A stretch of 64,000 nucleotides of DNA from Candidatus Poseidoniaceae archaeon (GCA_965662895.1 CBFIJH010000005.1:64001-128000); one strand, 5' to 3'; shown: positions 9,200-19,346, numbered from the stretch's first letter. The notes: a model not told the origin generated them from the sequence alone. Numbers and translations: made by a program.

Positions 9200-9260
9200 C
9201 AACGTAAAGAGATTCTCTCTGTGTCGTAGCCTTGATGCACCACCGACGAGTGGGATGTCC

Positions 9261-9965
9261 ATGGCCTCACTCATCTTGATGCGACACGGTCAGTCGATGT
9301 GGAATGCTGCGAACCTGTTTACGGGTTGGGTTGATGTTCCGTTGACGCAAGTTGGTATCGATGAGGCGTTGGCTGGTGGAAAGAAGTTGGCGGATGTGCA
9401 GATCGATGAGGTCCACACATCCACTTTGATTCGTGCACAAATGACGGCCATGTTGGCCTTGAGTCAACACAACAGTGGAAAGACGCCGGTTCTGCAATAC
9501 GCCGATTCGGGTGAACAGATGAGCGGAAACGAGCAAAAAATGGTTGAATGGTCGCAAATGCATGAAGATGCAGATGCTTCCAACATTCTCCCTGTCTACG
9601 TTTCATGGCAGTTGAATGAACGTATGTATGGTGACTTGCAAGGGATGAACAAACAAGCAACTCGGGACAAGTTCGGAGATGAACAAGTCAAGATTTGGCG
9701 TCGCTCGTACGACATTCCTCCTCCAAACGGGGAGAGTCTTGAATTGACCGCTGCTCGAACAATTCCATACTTGGAATCCGTTCTCCTACCTGCTTACGAG
9801 CAAGGGAAGCATCTCTTTGTTGCAGCTCATGGAAACTCTCTTCGAAGCATCATCATGCATCTTGAAGGCTTGAGCAAAGAAGAAGTTCTTGAGTTGGAAG
9901 TGCCGACTGGGGTCCCGATGATGTACGAATTGCAGAATGATGTTTGGAACCGAACGATGGGGTGA
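9261..9965 (+). CDS. gpmA: 2,3-bisphosphoglycerate-dependent phosphoglycerate mutase
   Basis: LILMRHGQS.WN..NLFTGW.D, LNERMYG.LQG.NK, WRRSYD.PPP, AAHGNSLR. Confidence 0.95.
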   Translation: MASLILMRHGQSMWNAANLFTGWVDVPLTQVGIDEALAGGKKLADVQIDEVHTSTLIRAQMTAMLALSQHNSGKTPVLQYADSGEQMSGNEQKMVEWSQMHEDADASNILPVYVSWQLNERMYGDLQGMNKQATRDKFGDEQVKIWRRSYDIPPPNGESLELTAARTIPYLESVLLPAYEQGKHLFVAAHGNSLRSIIMHLEGLSKEEVLELEVPTGVPMMYELQNDVWNRTMG

Positions 9966-9969
9966 TGCT

Positions 9970-12015
9970 ATGCTTCTCAATTGGCGCTTCGATGGTTTCC
10001 CAGGACGTGTTCTTTGGGTTGATCTGACCAAAGGAACAGTTGAAGCCAGAGAGATTCCACACGATTGGTTGATTGAATCAATGGGCGGAAAGGGGCTTGC
10101 TACTCGCTTGCTTGTTGAATGGGATACGACCGATTATGATGCAGCGATGCAACTCAACCACCACGTTCTCGATCGGGTTGACGTTGCCAGACATCCATCA
10201 AACCCACTCCTTTTCATGACGGGTCCATATCAAGCAAGCACGGTTGGTTCGTCCGGTCGTGCTGTGGTTGTGACGCGTTCTCCACTCACCGATTTGTACA
10301 TCGACACCTACATTGGTGGAAACATTGGACATGTCCTTCGTCAAGCGGGTTGGGATGGTCTCTTCATTACAGGCGCTTCAGAGCGTCTCTGTCGTCTTGA
10401 GATTGTGGATGGCCGTGCGGAATTGCACGAGGCAAAGGAGTTGCAAGGATTGACCACCTGGCAGGTTGAACAAGCGCTCGATGGAAAGGGCGAATGCCTT
10501 TCCATCGGACCAGCGGGAGAAAACGGCGTTCGTATTGCAAGTCCACTTACTGCAGGTCGAAGAGCTGCGGGTCGAGGTGGAACTGGTGCAGCATTCGGTT
10601 TCAAGAATCTCAAAGCGGTCACTGTAAAATCCACAACAAAGGAATCCATCCGATTTGCGAGTGAAGCCAGTCTCAAGTCTGCGGTGAAAGTTCAACGTCA
10701 AGAAATGGGATTGCGACGTCGCTCAGGCGATCCATTCTATTCCTTTGGAACGAGCCGTGGACCAATCTATGCCTCTGCAAACGGCCGTATGCCAACGGCC
10801 AATTACAGTTCGACCAATGCCATGATACCAGAGTTTTCGGAATTGAAAGTGGGTGGTGGAGAAGGAGGAGTTGTTCCTTCAACAGGGACTGCAGTGACCA
10901 TGACCACCAAACTCGATGCACATGAATTATCTGGCGAACATTGGCATGAATCCTTGCCTGATGCGAAGCAGTCCGCTTGTTGTGCTCCATGTCCAATTGC
11001 TTGTGAAGCAGCAGACCGGCCAACCATTGATGGAGAGAAGATCCGCAAGCGTCCAATCCACCTAAATCGTGTGGATCGTCCAGAATACGAGACGCTTGCA
11101 ATGCTTGGCTCGAATTTGGGATTGACCAGTTCTCTCGACGTTATGGATGGAAACGATGCTTGCAATCGCTTAGGAATTGATACCATCTCTGGTGGTGCAG
11201 CTCTTTCCATTGTGTGTGAATTGGTCGAGCATGGTTGGCTTCCAGAAAACTGGTCGGACCATTTCCATGCACCGTTTGATTTTGGTCGGTACAAGCAAGG
11301 CGATGTTGTTCCCTGGCAATTTGGTATACCTGAGTTACCACCTCTTGCTCTCGCAATGCTTGCGAACGCTCAACCTGAGTCGGATGAATTGTTTTCCGTT
11401 CTCGGTGCTGGAGCAGTAGCATTTTCCGAGTATGTTGAGCGAGTTACGGGGCATCCTGCCACCAAATTGACAGCACACTGCAAAGGCCTTGATCTTCCTG
11501 CATGGGATCCGCGTGGAAAACGAGGCAACGCGATGGCCTACATGACAGCGAACGTTGGCGCATCGCACATGCGGGCTGGCTACAAAGAGCCAACCGGTTT
11601 ACCGAACGCTTCTGCGGTTGACTTAATGGAAGAATTGATACAAAGTCAAAACAGCATTGTTGTTCGAGATTCAATGATTCTATGTGCATTTGCGAAAGGG
11701 GCGACACCAGATGAAGTCATGCTGGATGCATGGAATGCGATTACAGGCGATGACGCTTCTTGGGACGATTTGATGCAGAGGGCGAGCATACAATGGGACT
11801 TGGCACGTGCATGGAATGTCGAACATTGGAAACGAATTGGTGTGAAACCAATGGACGCCGACTTGCTTTCATGGCGATTGCGCAAGGAACCCATCCCTGC
11901 TGGTGTTGCGGTAGGCATGGTCTCGTTTGTTGACGATGACGATGAGAAGGCTTGCATGGAAAAATACTACGCATTAAGAGGATGGCAGAAAGATGGAACC
12001 CCACAAACGGTGTAA
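9970..12015 (+). CDS. aor: Aldehyde:ferredoxin oxidoreductase family (W-pterin) protein
   Basis: GRVLWVDL, MGGKGL, SPLT, IGPAGEN, AAGRGG.GA..G.KNLKA, CxxCxxxC, PEYET, D.CNRLGIDTIS, KGL.LPAWDPR, YY.LRGW..DG.P. GGTGA ribosome-binding site before ATG 9970. Confidence 0.9.
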   Translation: MLLNWRFDGFPGRVLWVDLTKGTVEAREIPHDWLIESMGGKGLATRLLVEWDTTDYDAAMQLNHHVLDRVDVARHPSNPLLFMTGPYQASTVGSSGRAVVVTRSPLTDLYIDTYIGGNIGHVLRQAGWDGLFITGASERLCRLEIVDGRAELHEAKELQGLTTWQVEQALDGKGECLSIGPAGENGVRIASPLTAGRRAAGRGGTGAAFGFKNLKAVTVKSTTKESIRFASEASLKSAVKVQRQEMGLRRRSGDPFYSFGTSRGPIYASANGRMPTANYSSTNAMIPEFSELKVGGGEGGVVPSTGTAVTMTTKLDAHELSGEHWHESLPDAKQSACCAPCPIACEAADRPTIDGEKIRKRPIHLNRVDRPEYETLAMLGSNLGLTSSLDVMDGNDACNRLGIDTISGGAALSIVCELVEHGWLPENWSDHFHAPFDFGRYKQGDVVPWQFGIPELPPLALAMLANAQPESDELFSVLGAGAVAFSEYVERVTGHPATKLTAHCKGLDLPAWDPRGKRGNAMAYMTANVGASHMRAGYKEPTGLPNASAVDLMEELIQSQNSIVVRDSMILCAFAKGATPDEVMLDAWNAITGDDASWDDLMQRASIQWDLARAWNVEHWKRIGVKPMDADLLSWRLRKEPIPAGVAVGMVSFVDDDDEKACMEKYYALRGWQKDGTPQTV

Positions 12016-12018
12016 TCC

Positions 12019-12495
12019 ATGCATCCAACGTTGAAGAAAGCGCTCCTGTTGGGGCTTCTCATTGCCTCTCCATGGCTTTTGGTTCAAGCATGGATCTTTG
12101 TCGCTGCTCAAGATGAATCCATCTCATCCATGGAAACCTGTCCCGAAGGAAGCGCAAATTGTGCTCATCTTGGGGGAAATGCTGATTATCGAATGGATGC
12201 CACTTCAACAATTATCGATCGATCGATGGATGACATTCGGTCCGAATTATCCGATTATATCTCTGAATACGATTGCGAAATTCTTGTTGAGGATGTCTCG
12301 GATACATCCTATTATGTTCATTTTGTTGAACGTACTCCGTTTTGGCTTTTCCCAGATGATGTTTTGGTTTCCATTGAACAAATCGATGAAGATACGGTGG
12401 AAATTGAACTTCATTCTCAATCTCGACTCGGAGTTGGAGATTTGGGTGTGAATCCAGAACGATTGGAAGACATTTACAATCAATTAACAGACTGA
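12019..12495 (+). CDS. DUF1499-family membrane-anchored protein
   Basis: CP...NC, F.FPDDV, S.SR.G..DLGVN..R. Confidence 0.85.
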   Translation: MHPTLKKALLLGLLIASPWLLVQAWIFVAAQDESISSMETCPEGSANCAHLGGNADYRMDATSTIIDRSMDDIRSELSDYISEYDCEILVEDVSDTSYYVHFVERTPFWLFPDDVLVSIEQIDEDTVEIELHSQSRLGVGDLGVNPERLEDIYNQLTD

Positions 12496-13220
12496 ATCAA
12501 ATCATCCCAGCCATATGGATAACCGCTCTCATCGATGAGCAGGACATTGACGCCCAATCCTGTTTTATGGAAGGCAATCAATTGAATGTCGTGGATGGAA
12601 TGACCGGTTGGAGCAACGCCGAGAACAGGCAATTCTTTTCGTGAGAACCAAGATCGTGTTTTTGTGGGTGCTTTTTCTGTTCCAAGGCTACGACGCGTAC
12701 CATCAACATCATCGAACCAAGGGAGTGGTCCTTCAGGTGTAAATCGCAAACCAAGAATCATGTCGACGCCTGTGGTTTCCTGTGCTGCATCTGTATCGGC
12801 TCCACTCGGGATGGCAGGCGCATTCGGGTGCGTGTGCAACCAGTGTGTAAATCGTCCTGCCCGAGAACCGCGTTGTCCTGAGAAGAGATCATCCGTCCAT
12901 TCTTCTGGAAGGTGATGGACAGAATACGAATCGCCACGATTGACCACGTGAGCTTCTTTGATGACGTATCCTTGACCTCCGAAGAGATTTGACACGTGTT
13001 CCTGCCCCTCAAACGCAGATTCGACTTCATCGATGTGTCTCCTCTTCGGGTCAACATCTAGGCCGACCAGAATTTCGTCTGGAAGCGATTGCAAAGCCCA
13101 AACGACGAGTTCGCGAAAAACTGGTCCAGGGAGGTGCAATTGTGCCGCATAGGAGTGCCGCATCGAATACGATTCAGCGTTGTACGAACGCATCGCATCA
13201 ACCAACCACGCTTCGACCAC
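12480..13220 (-). CDS. JAMM/MPN+ (Mov34) metalloprotease
   Basis: Glu in PDEILVG plus HTHPNAPAIPSGAD (HxH-x7-S-x2-D). Confidence 0.75.
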   Translation of the reverse strand: MVEAWLVDAMRSYNAESYSMRHSYAAQLHLPGPVFRELVVWALQSLPDEILVGLDVDPKRRHIDEVESAFEGQEHVSNLFGGQGYVIKEAHVVNRGDSYSVHHLPEEWTDDLFSGQRGSRAGRFTHWLHTHPNAPAIPSGADTDAAQETTGVDMILGLRFTPEGPLPWFDDVDGTRRSLGTEKAPTKTRSWFSRKELPVLGVAPTGHSIHDIQLIAFHKTGLGVNVLLIDESGYPYGWDDLIQSVN

Positions 13221-13299
13221 AGACCTTCCAGTGCATCATCCTTCATCAAGGAGCGCCTTGAGGAGAACCTTTGAAAAATCTAGAGTGCAAGCGCTTTTC

Positions 13300-14028
13300 A
13301 TGGCGAAGAAAAAACGAGGTGGCTTTGGCCGATTCCTCGGTGCCCTCACTGGGACGCCATACGAACGTCTTCTCAAGCAGGTCGAGAAACTTGCGAACGA
13401 ACATGCGGACGATGAGCGCAAACTTGGAAAGGCACTGAAAAAACTCGTCGACGTTGTAGGGACCGCCTATGAAGAAGAAGAGATTGATGAGGATGAACAT
13501 GATCTTGTTCTCGAAGCGATTGAGGAAGTTGATCCCAAAGGGCGCTCATTTCCGAAATTTGCTGAAGAAGATGCATTTTATGCAAACGATGCACCGGATG
13601 CCCCCGAACTCAATCTCGGGAAACGAAAGAACTTGGATGATTTAATGACTGCATCTGGAAAAGAATTCACTGGTAGTTTTGGCCGGGACGAATTCGATGA
13701 ATTCAAAGCGCGGATGACTGAAGAGTTCTATGCAGAATCGGATGAGGCGATTCAGGCAGGCGACCATCAAGCCACCATTCGTACAGAGAATCGAGTGTTT
13801 ACGGATGAAGAAGACGAACTTCAAAATGTAAAGGCGATGATTTCTCAAGAGTCTGGCCTTGTCGATCCAACCACGGTCGAGGAAGAAGAGGAAGATTCCT
13901 TTGAAGACGATGAAAATTATTCCATCGACGAGGATGGAACAGAGTGGTTCCAAGATGATGATGGCTATTGGTGGTACCGTCCAGAAGGTGAGCCTGACTG
14001 GCTACCATGGGAAGAGGACGAGGACTGA
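13300..14028 (+). CDS. Highly acidic hypothetical protein with a C-terminal Trp-rich module
   Basis: Likely start MAKKKRGG at 13300. Ends DEDGTEWFQDDDGYWWYRPEGEPDWLPWE. Confidence 0.75.
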   Translation: MAKKKRGGFGRFLGALTGTPYERLLKQVEKLANEHADDERKLGKALKKLVDVVGTAYEEEEIDEDEHDLVLEAIEEVDPKGRSFPKFAEEDAFYANDAPDAPELNLGKRKNLDDLMTASGKEFTGSFGRDEFDEFKARMTEEFYAESDEAIQAGDHQATIRTENRVFTDEEDELQNVKAMISQESGLVDPTTVEEEEEDSFEDDENYSIDEDGTEWFQDDDGYWWYRPEGEPDWLPWEEDED

Positions 14029-15900
14029 TTACGAAGGAATCGGTTGTTGATCCCACCAAGGTGGAGCCAAGAACCATGCCTCATGATTTGCAGGCCGGTC
14101 TATGAGTGGCAATCCAATAGTACCTCCTTCAATGGAGACGCCTCCGAGTGGATTTGTTGCACATGGACCTGGAAGATAATCCTCTCCGCTTTCTGTCAGT
14201 TCGATTCGTAACGAGTGACCTGCTGGGACAACAACATCGAGTGGATTAAATTCCATCAACATCGTATACGACGAAAACGGTGCAACAGGGTTGGCTTCGT
14301 ATCCCCCGTCTCTGTAACGGATGTCCATGGTCGCATGTCCCAGTCGAAGATTCAGTGTATCATCGTAGAGTGTCGCAAAAATCTGGCCACCGTTGCATGC
14401 CTGTGTGGAAACGTCGAGGTGAAGCGTTGGTAGCCCGGACAGATGGAGCCCATCTTCGTACACTTGGCTCGTAAGGAGAACAGTTCCTCCAGAGCCACTG
14501 ACAACCCCATCACCATTCCACTCCGTTCCGATTTCTTCCATTTGCCACGTCATGTCTTCAGGAGGCCATGTTTCTTCGACGTGCCATTGACCATCATGCG
14601 TTTGAATTTGCACCATCGGCTCGGGTTCATCACCAATGTCTTTCAGATAGTATTGGAACCAGCCATACAGTTCAACGGCCCAATCCATTCGACTCATGTT
14701 CGGATAAGCCTCTCCGCCATAGCCAGGACCCAACTCACTGTGTCGATCGGGTTGATCTGGGTAATTATGAGCCCACTGTCCTGCGATGGCTCTTGCATTA
14801 ATGCCTGCATCTCGCATCAATTGATACGTTGGGAACGCATGATACGGATCAACGTTCCAGTCCTGAAGACCCCATACAAGGTAGACGCTTCCACGGTAAT
14901 TTTCGAGAACATCTGGAAGATGTCGGCGTTCGTCCCAATAATCATTCCATTCAGCTCCTCCAAATTCAGCGAAGGCATAAGTTGACCATGGATTGAGTGG
15001 GCCAACAAGGTCATCAGAGCAGACACGCATGTCGTCGGTGGTCAAATCCGCCGTTGCAGCTTGGTAGGCAGCGTCGTAACCCATTGCACGGGCTTCAGAT
15101 GAGCCGTTTCTGTAGAACATCTCTTGCACGCCAATCGATCCTGAAATAGGGACGATGGTTTTCAGATGTTCACTTGGTTGTTGAGCGGCTTCCCAATTGG
15201 TCGTTCCAGCATAGGATTTCCCCATCAAGCCAACGTTTCCATTGGACCAATTTTGTTGTCCCAACCACTCAACAACCGCTTGGATTCCAACCTGTTCTCC
15301 AAGTCCTTTCACATCTTGACAATGGGTCGATTTCCCTGTACCAAATGTACTTGCTTGGGCAAGTGCATAACCATGCGGAACGAAGGTGTCGTAAACCCAC
15401 TGTCCAACTCCACCGTCTGGAATGGTGTTTGGATTGGAATCTTCACCAATGCCTGGCATGCCCTCTCCCCCGAAGTCATAGTACGGATGGATGGTCATGA
15501 TGACAGGTACTTTGACCCCTTCTTCAACATCTGGCAACCAAAGTGCAACATGCATTTTCGCTTCATCCGGATAACCGATATCTTGCTCGGAAGCGGGTAA
15601 GTCCACTGTGATGAAATGTTCTGAATAAGGAAGGATGTCATAGGTCCCGTTTTCCGGGAGTTGTGCTCGCATCGTGTCCATTGGTAAATCCATCATGTGA
15701 CGGTCGTGGAGTGGTGTTTCCCACCAATTCTCACTATTTTGAACATTCTTTTCATCCGAAAGAGCCTCTCCAAAAGACATTGAGAGGAAAAGGAAAGCGA
15801 TACAAAACGCAATTGTTGCAGAGAGGGAGATGTTGAGTTGCGTCTTGGCCAACGATGATGTTGACTCGATGACATCTGCATCGACAACGTCATCAGCCAT
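14029..15900 (-). CDS. CocE/NonD (peptidase S15, Xaa-Pro dipeptidyl peptidase-like) hydrolase, membrane-anchored
   Basis: PVIMTIHPY, W.NG.VG.MGKSYAG nucleophile motif, G.QDWNV, GQWAH, C-terminal G..L.G.P.L..L domain. Confidence 0.9.
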   Translation of the reverse strand: MADDVVDADVIESTSSLAKTQLNISLSATIAFCIAFLFLSMSFGEALSDEKNVQNSENWWETPLHDRHMMDLPMDTMRAQLPENGTYDILPYSEHFITVDLPASEQDIGYPDEAKMHVALWLPDVEEGVKVPVIMTIHPYYDFGGEGMPGIGEDSNPNTIPDGGVGQWVYDTFVPHGYALAQASTFGTGKSTHCQDVKGLGEQVGIQAVVEWLGQQNWSNGNVGLMGKSYAGTTNWEAAQQPSEHLKTIVPISGSIGVQEMFYRNGSSEARAMGYDAAYQAATADLTTDDMRVCSDDLVGPLNPWSTYAFAEFGGAEWNDYWDERRHLPDVLENYRGSVYLVWGLQDWNVDPYHAFPTYQLMRDAGINARAIAGQWAHNYPDQPDRHSELGPGYGGEAYPNMSRMDWAVELYGWFQYYLKDIGDEPEPMVQIQTHDGQWHVEETWPPEDMTWQMEEIGTEWNGDGVVSGSGGTVLLTSQVYEDGLHLSGLPTLHLDVSTQACNGGQIFATLYDDTLNLRLGHATMDIRYRDGGYEANPVAPFSSYTMLMEFNPLDVVVPAGHSLRIELTESGEDYLPGPCATNPLGGVSIEGGTIGLPLIDRPANHEAWFLAPPWWDQQPIPS

Positions 15901-16073
15901 ATTCGACCCAAGCCTTGGATGTTGAAGAGGGTGGCGATTCTGTGGAAGTCAAAAATTCAAAGATTCATTCGAATACCAGTGCCATCGAAATCGTACTACA
16001 ATTGATTCTCGGAATGGAAACAGCGTCGCATTGAGCCCACAACGCTCAAAGAGTTCGGAGCAAAGGCAGAGAT

Positions 16074-17309
16074 ATGAGCACCCGTCGCCTCTTCGCTGCA
16101 GTACGGGACCTTGATCCACCCGGCGGCGGCGCAGAGCGTTCCTTGGCGGCTCTGCTGAACGGAATTGCTCGGCCGGGTCCAACACTTGAAACAGCACCGA
16201 CATACGTACCACTGTCCCCTGCGAAGGATGCACCAACCCATCCAGCATGGACGGTCAGTGCCTTTGCGAGTCACGATCGAGGCGAACCAATCGGCTTGCT
16301 CGAGCCCGAAGTGAACCATGCAACCACAGATCTTCCAATTGAAGGGCTCTGGTCGAAGGTTGCTTGGGGATTGAGGGAACGAAGAGGTGAGTTGCGACGT
16401 CGTAAGTGGGCCCTCGATCGACACATCGCTCGACGTAGTGCTCAATTCGCCGGTCGTGTCGGTTCGTGGTTGGACAAACAGGAACATACAGGTGGTATTG
16501 GATTAACCCAACTTGACTGGGCCCCTGGAGCTGCAAAAGCGTTTACTGCCCGTGGGATGCCATACATCATGTTCGTTCGTGATGACACGGCATTCCGCCT
16601 TGAGGAACGCTTTCGCCCTGTACTGGAGGGCGCAGCTCTTGTTTGTGCCGCTGGAGAAGGCCTCCTCGCTGACATACGCTCTCGCTTTGCTATTCAAAAA
16701 GGTCACAGCGTTCCTCTGCCAATTGATTTTGAAGGGCGCTTTGGAAGCATGGACGATGTGAATGCTTTGCGGCTGGCTGAGCAGGCAAAGCGACCCGATA
16801 CAGCTCCGCCCACGATCGGTGTAATTGTCGTAACTCCAGAAAAGGGTTTGCGAATCTATCAACGCCTCTTACCGAGGTTGCTTGAGCGATGGCCAGAAGC
16901 AGTAGTCCACATTGCTGGTGGAAGTGCTTATCCGCAACAACTCGTACGTCACTCGAACGCACGCGTGCTGGGTCATGTCGATGCAGCGACATTCTTCGCA
17001 GGCATCGATGTTCACCTTATTCTGTTTGAAACGACCGGTTCATGGGGCCGAGTTATAGGAGAAGCAGGCTTGTTCGGTGTGCCAACTGTAACGTCCGATG
17101 TTGGCTCACAAAAGGAAGCCTTGGGTGAGGGAGGCATTCTGGTGGACGATGGTCATGATACGGATGCAGTCATCGACGCCTTGAAGGCGGTTTATGACGA
17201 TCGTGAGCGATACGGTGCATTGGCTCGAAAACACACCCAAATGGTAGATCATCGACGCTCTGTTGCGGCTTTCCGTAGCGGCCTCGAAGATTTGTTGAAC
17301 GACCGATAA
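16074..17309 (+). CDS. Glycosyltransferase family 4 (GT-B)
   Basis: GGAERS N-terminus, EKG, WGRVIGEAGLFGVPTVTSDVG. Confidence 0.8.
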   Translation: MSTRRLFAAVRDLDPPGGGAERSLAALLNGIARPGPTLETAPTYVPLSPAKDAPTHPAWTVSAFASHDRGEPIGLLEPEVNHATTDLPIEGLWSKVAWGLRERRGELRRRKWALDRHIARRSAQFAGRVGSWLDKQEHTGGIGLTQLDWAPGAAKAFTARGMPYIMFVRDDTAFRLEERFRPVLEGAALVCAAGEGLLADIRSRFAIQKGHSVPLPIDFEGRFGSMDDVNALRLAEQAKRPDTAPPTIGVIVVTPEKGLRIYQRLLPRLLERWPEAVVHIAGGSAYPQQLVRHSNARVLGHVDAATFFAGIDVHLILFETTGSWGRVIGEAGLFGVPTVTSDVGSQKEALGEGGILVDDGHDTDAVIDALKAVYDDRERYGALARKHTQMVDHRRSVAAFRSGLEDLLNDR

Positions 17310-17366
17310 CACGTCAGTTGGTGCTTGTTGTAATACCTGCGTCAGAGAACTCTACCTGACCAACCT

Positions 17367-18122
17367 TCATCTTGTGAGTTTGTCCTTCATTCCCCAATAG
17401 AGTCGTTTTGCTGACTGTTTGACTTTTCTTCTAACCGAAATGTGCTCTTTTTGGAACAGGTAGGTCGGTGTTGCGGCGTAGTTAACACGATCCGTCGTGT
17501 ACCCAAATTTGGACACAGCATCTCTGAACAATCTGAATTCATTTTTTGTAGCCAATTCAGCAAAAATCACGGGTGACTGATTCTCAAGTATGTGCTTCGC
17601 ACCTTGAATAATGGGAAGCTCGAATCCCTCAACATCTATCTTGATCAAAGCAATGTTGTCGACACCCTGCATAATGTGGTCAAGGGTGTCCACCTCTCTT
17701 TGGGAGCCTTCTACATTCACGATTTTTGTCATACCTGCATTGAGATGGTTGGTATCGGAGAGGTCAACAAACCCTTTTCTGTCCAGAATGCCAATTTCCC
17801 CAAGGATGTAGCTGTCCTCTGAGCAGTTGAGTTCCATGTTTTCCTTCAAGATTGCAAAAATCGATTCATCGATTTCAAAACTGTACACTTTTGTTGAGTT
17901 GCAAAAGCGATTGAAAAAAATAGAATGGTTGCCAATATTGGCCCCAATATCAACGTAGACACCCTCCAAACCCAATGAGCGAGCTTTTTCAAGCAACTTC
18001 TCTTCGTAGAATGTTTCCTCAGTTACGATTCGGTCAAAGATTGAATCGTCAGCGTGGTAACCTTTCATGGTGATTTGCTGATTGGAATACACAAATTCCG
18101 TCACCACCCGGTCCTGACCCAT
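17367..18122 (-). CDS. FkbM-family methyltransferase
   Basis: VDIGANIGNH, LIKIDVEGFE. Confidence 0.9.
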   Translation of the reverse strand: MGQDRVVTEFVYSNQQITMKGYHADDSIFDRIVTEETFYEEKLLEKARSLGLEGVYVDIGANIGNHSIFFNRFCNSTKVYSFEIDESIFAILKENMELNCSEDSYILGEIGILDRKGFVDLSDTNHLNAGMTKIVNVEGSQREVDTLDHIMQGVDNIALIKIDVEGFELPIIQGAKHILENQSPVIFAELATKNEFRLFRDAVSKFGYTTDRVNYAATPTYLFQKEHISVRRKVKQSAKRLYWGMKDKLTR

Positions 18123-18146
18123 GGAAGGGCTACCAACTCGGTGCCT

Positions 18147-19346
18147 TTAATTCTCTTTCAAGGGTGCGTTGGATGAGAGGACAGTCTCGTAAACCTCCAG
18201 CAATCGGTTCCGAATTGCATCTTTGCTGTACCTCGCTTCAACGCCATCTCGCATTATTTGAGTGTCCCATTCCATGTCAATCATGCTGCCCATCGCCTCT
18301 GCCAAGCCATCCACATCGTCGACGTCGACGAGCAGACCATCCTCCTTCCGGACGATGTCGTTTGGGCCGCCACAGCGGGTGGCGACGACAGGTCGACCTG
18401 TGGAAAGTGCTTCGATTAACACGATGCCAAATGTTTCGTATCGGCTTGGGTGAACAAAGGCATCGATTTCTTGAAAGAATTCACACGCTTTTTCCCTTGG
18501 TACTGTGCCAACAAACTCGACTCTGTCGTCCATTCCATATGCAGAGGCTAACGCCTGCAGCTGTTTCCGAAGTGGGCCGTCACCAGCCAGCAGAAGTTTT
18601 GCGTTTGTGACTTGTTTGAAAGCTTGCAGCAAGGTTTTGTGGCCTTTGTCATTCACTAGGTTAGCCATGTATCCAAACGTGAATGTAGCGTTTTTTGGTT
18701 GAGGTGTGTAAGGGAATTTTTCTACATCGATCATGTTCGGTATTGTGGTGAATTTTGATGCCTGGATGCCCAGAACTTGTTCCAAATCGTTGGCCAATGT
18801 ACTACTGACTGACAAGAGCCGGTTGGCTGATTTCAATGCTGACTTTGCAGTAATTTGTTCCCGCGGCCCAACAATGTTTCTTCCGAAAATGCTTGAGTGG
18901 ACGGTCACAATGTACGGGATTTTTTCTCTCTCAGCGATGGCTTTCGCTAGAATAGCTCCCCACATTGTTGCTTTGGCATGAATGATGTCCGGGGGGCCGT
19001 GCACTGCTCTGTAGGCGTCGTACATCTTCAGTGCCAACTTCTCATGAGAACGGACAAATGAACGGTATACCGAGGGAATATTGTGAAGTGGACCCGGTTG
19101 GAACAACCGTTTGCTGGCTCGTACCACGGTCAAGTTGTTTTCCACAGTCGTTGTGATTGACCGACTCGGCCCTTTGAGCCATGTTGCAGAGGGAAGGTGA
19201 TGAAATATTGCATGAAGAACCCCGACTTTGTGGCCGACTTCTGCGAACATTTCGGCCTGTTCTCTGAAAAAGGTGCCTGAAAGAGGTGCATCTGGGCTTG
19301 GGTACCAAGAGGGAATAAAGAGGATATGGTGTTTCGTCAATTGCAT
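18147..19346 (-). CDS. Glycosyltransferase family 4
   Basis: PSWYP..G.FF.EQA, KGH..LL.AF, PSRYETFGIVLIEAL..G.PVVATRCGG. GGAGTGGTG ribosome-binding site before ATG 19346. Confidence 0.9.
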   Translation of the reverse strand: MQLTKHHILFIPSWYPSPDAPLSGTFFREQAEMFAEVGHKVGVLHAIFHHLPSATWLKGPSRSITTTVENNLTVVRASKRLFQPGPLHNIPSVYRSFVRSHEKLALKMYDAYRAVHGPPDIIHAKATMWGAILAKAIAEREKIPYIVTVHSSIFGRNIVGPREQITAKSALKSANRLLSVSSTLANDLEQVLGIQASKFTTIPNMIDVEKFPYTPQPKNATFTFGYMANLVNDKGHKTLLQAFKQVTNAKLLLAGDGPLRKQLQALASAYGMDDRVEFVGTVPREKACEFFQEIDAFVHPSRYETFGIVLIEALSTGRPVVATRCGGPNDIVRKEDGLLVDVDDVDGLAEAMGSMIDMEWDTQIMRDGVEARYSKDAIRNRLLEVYETVLSSNAPLKEN

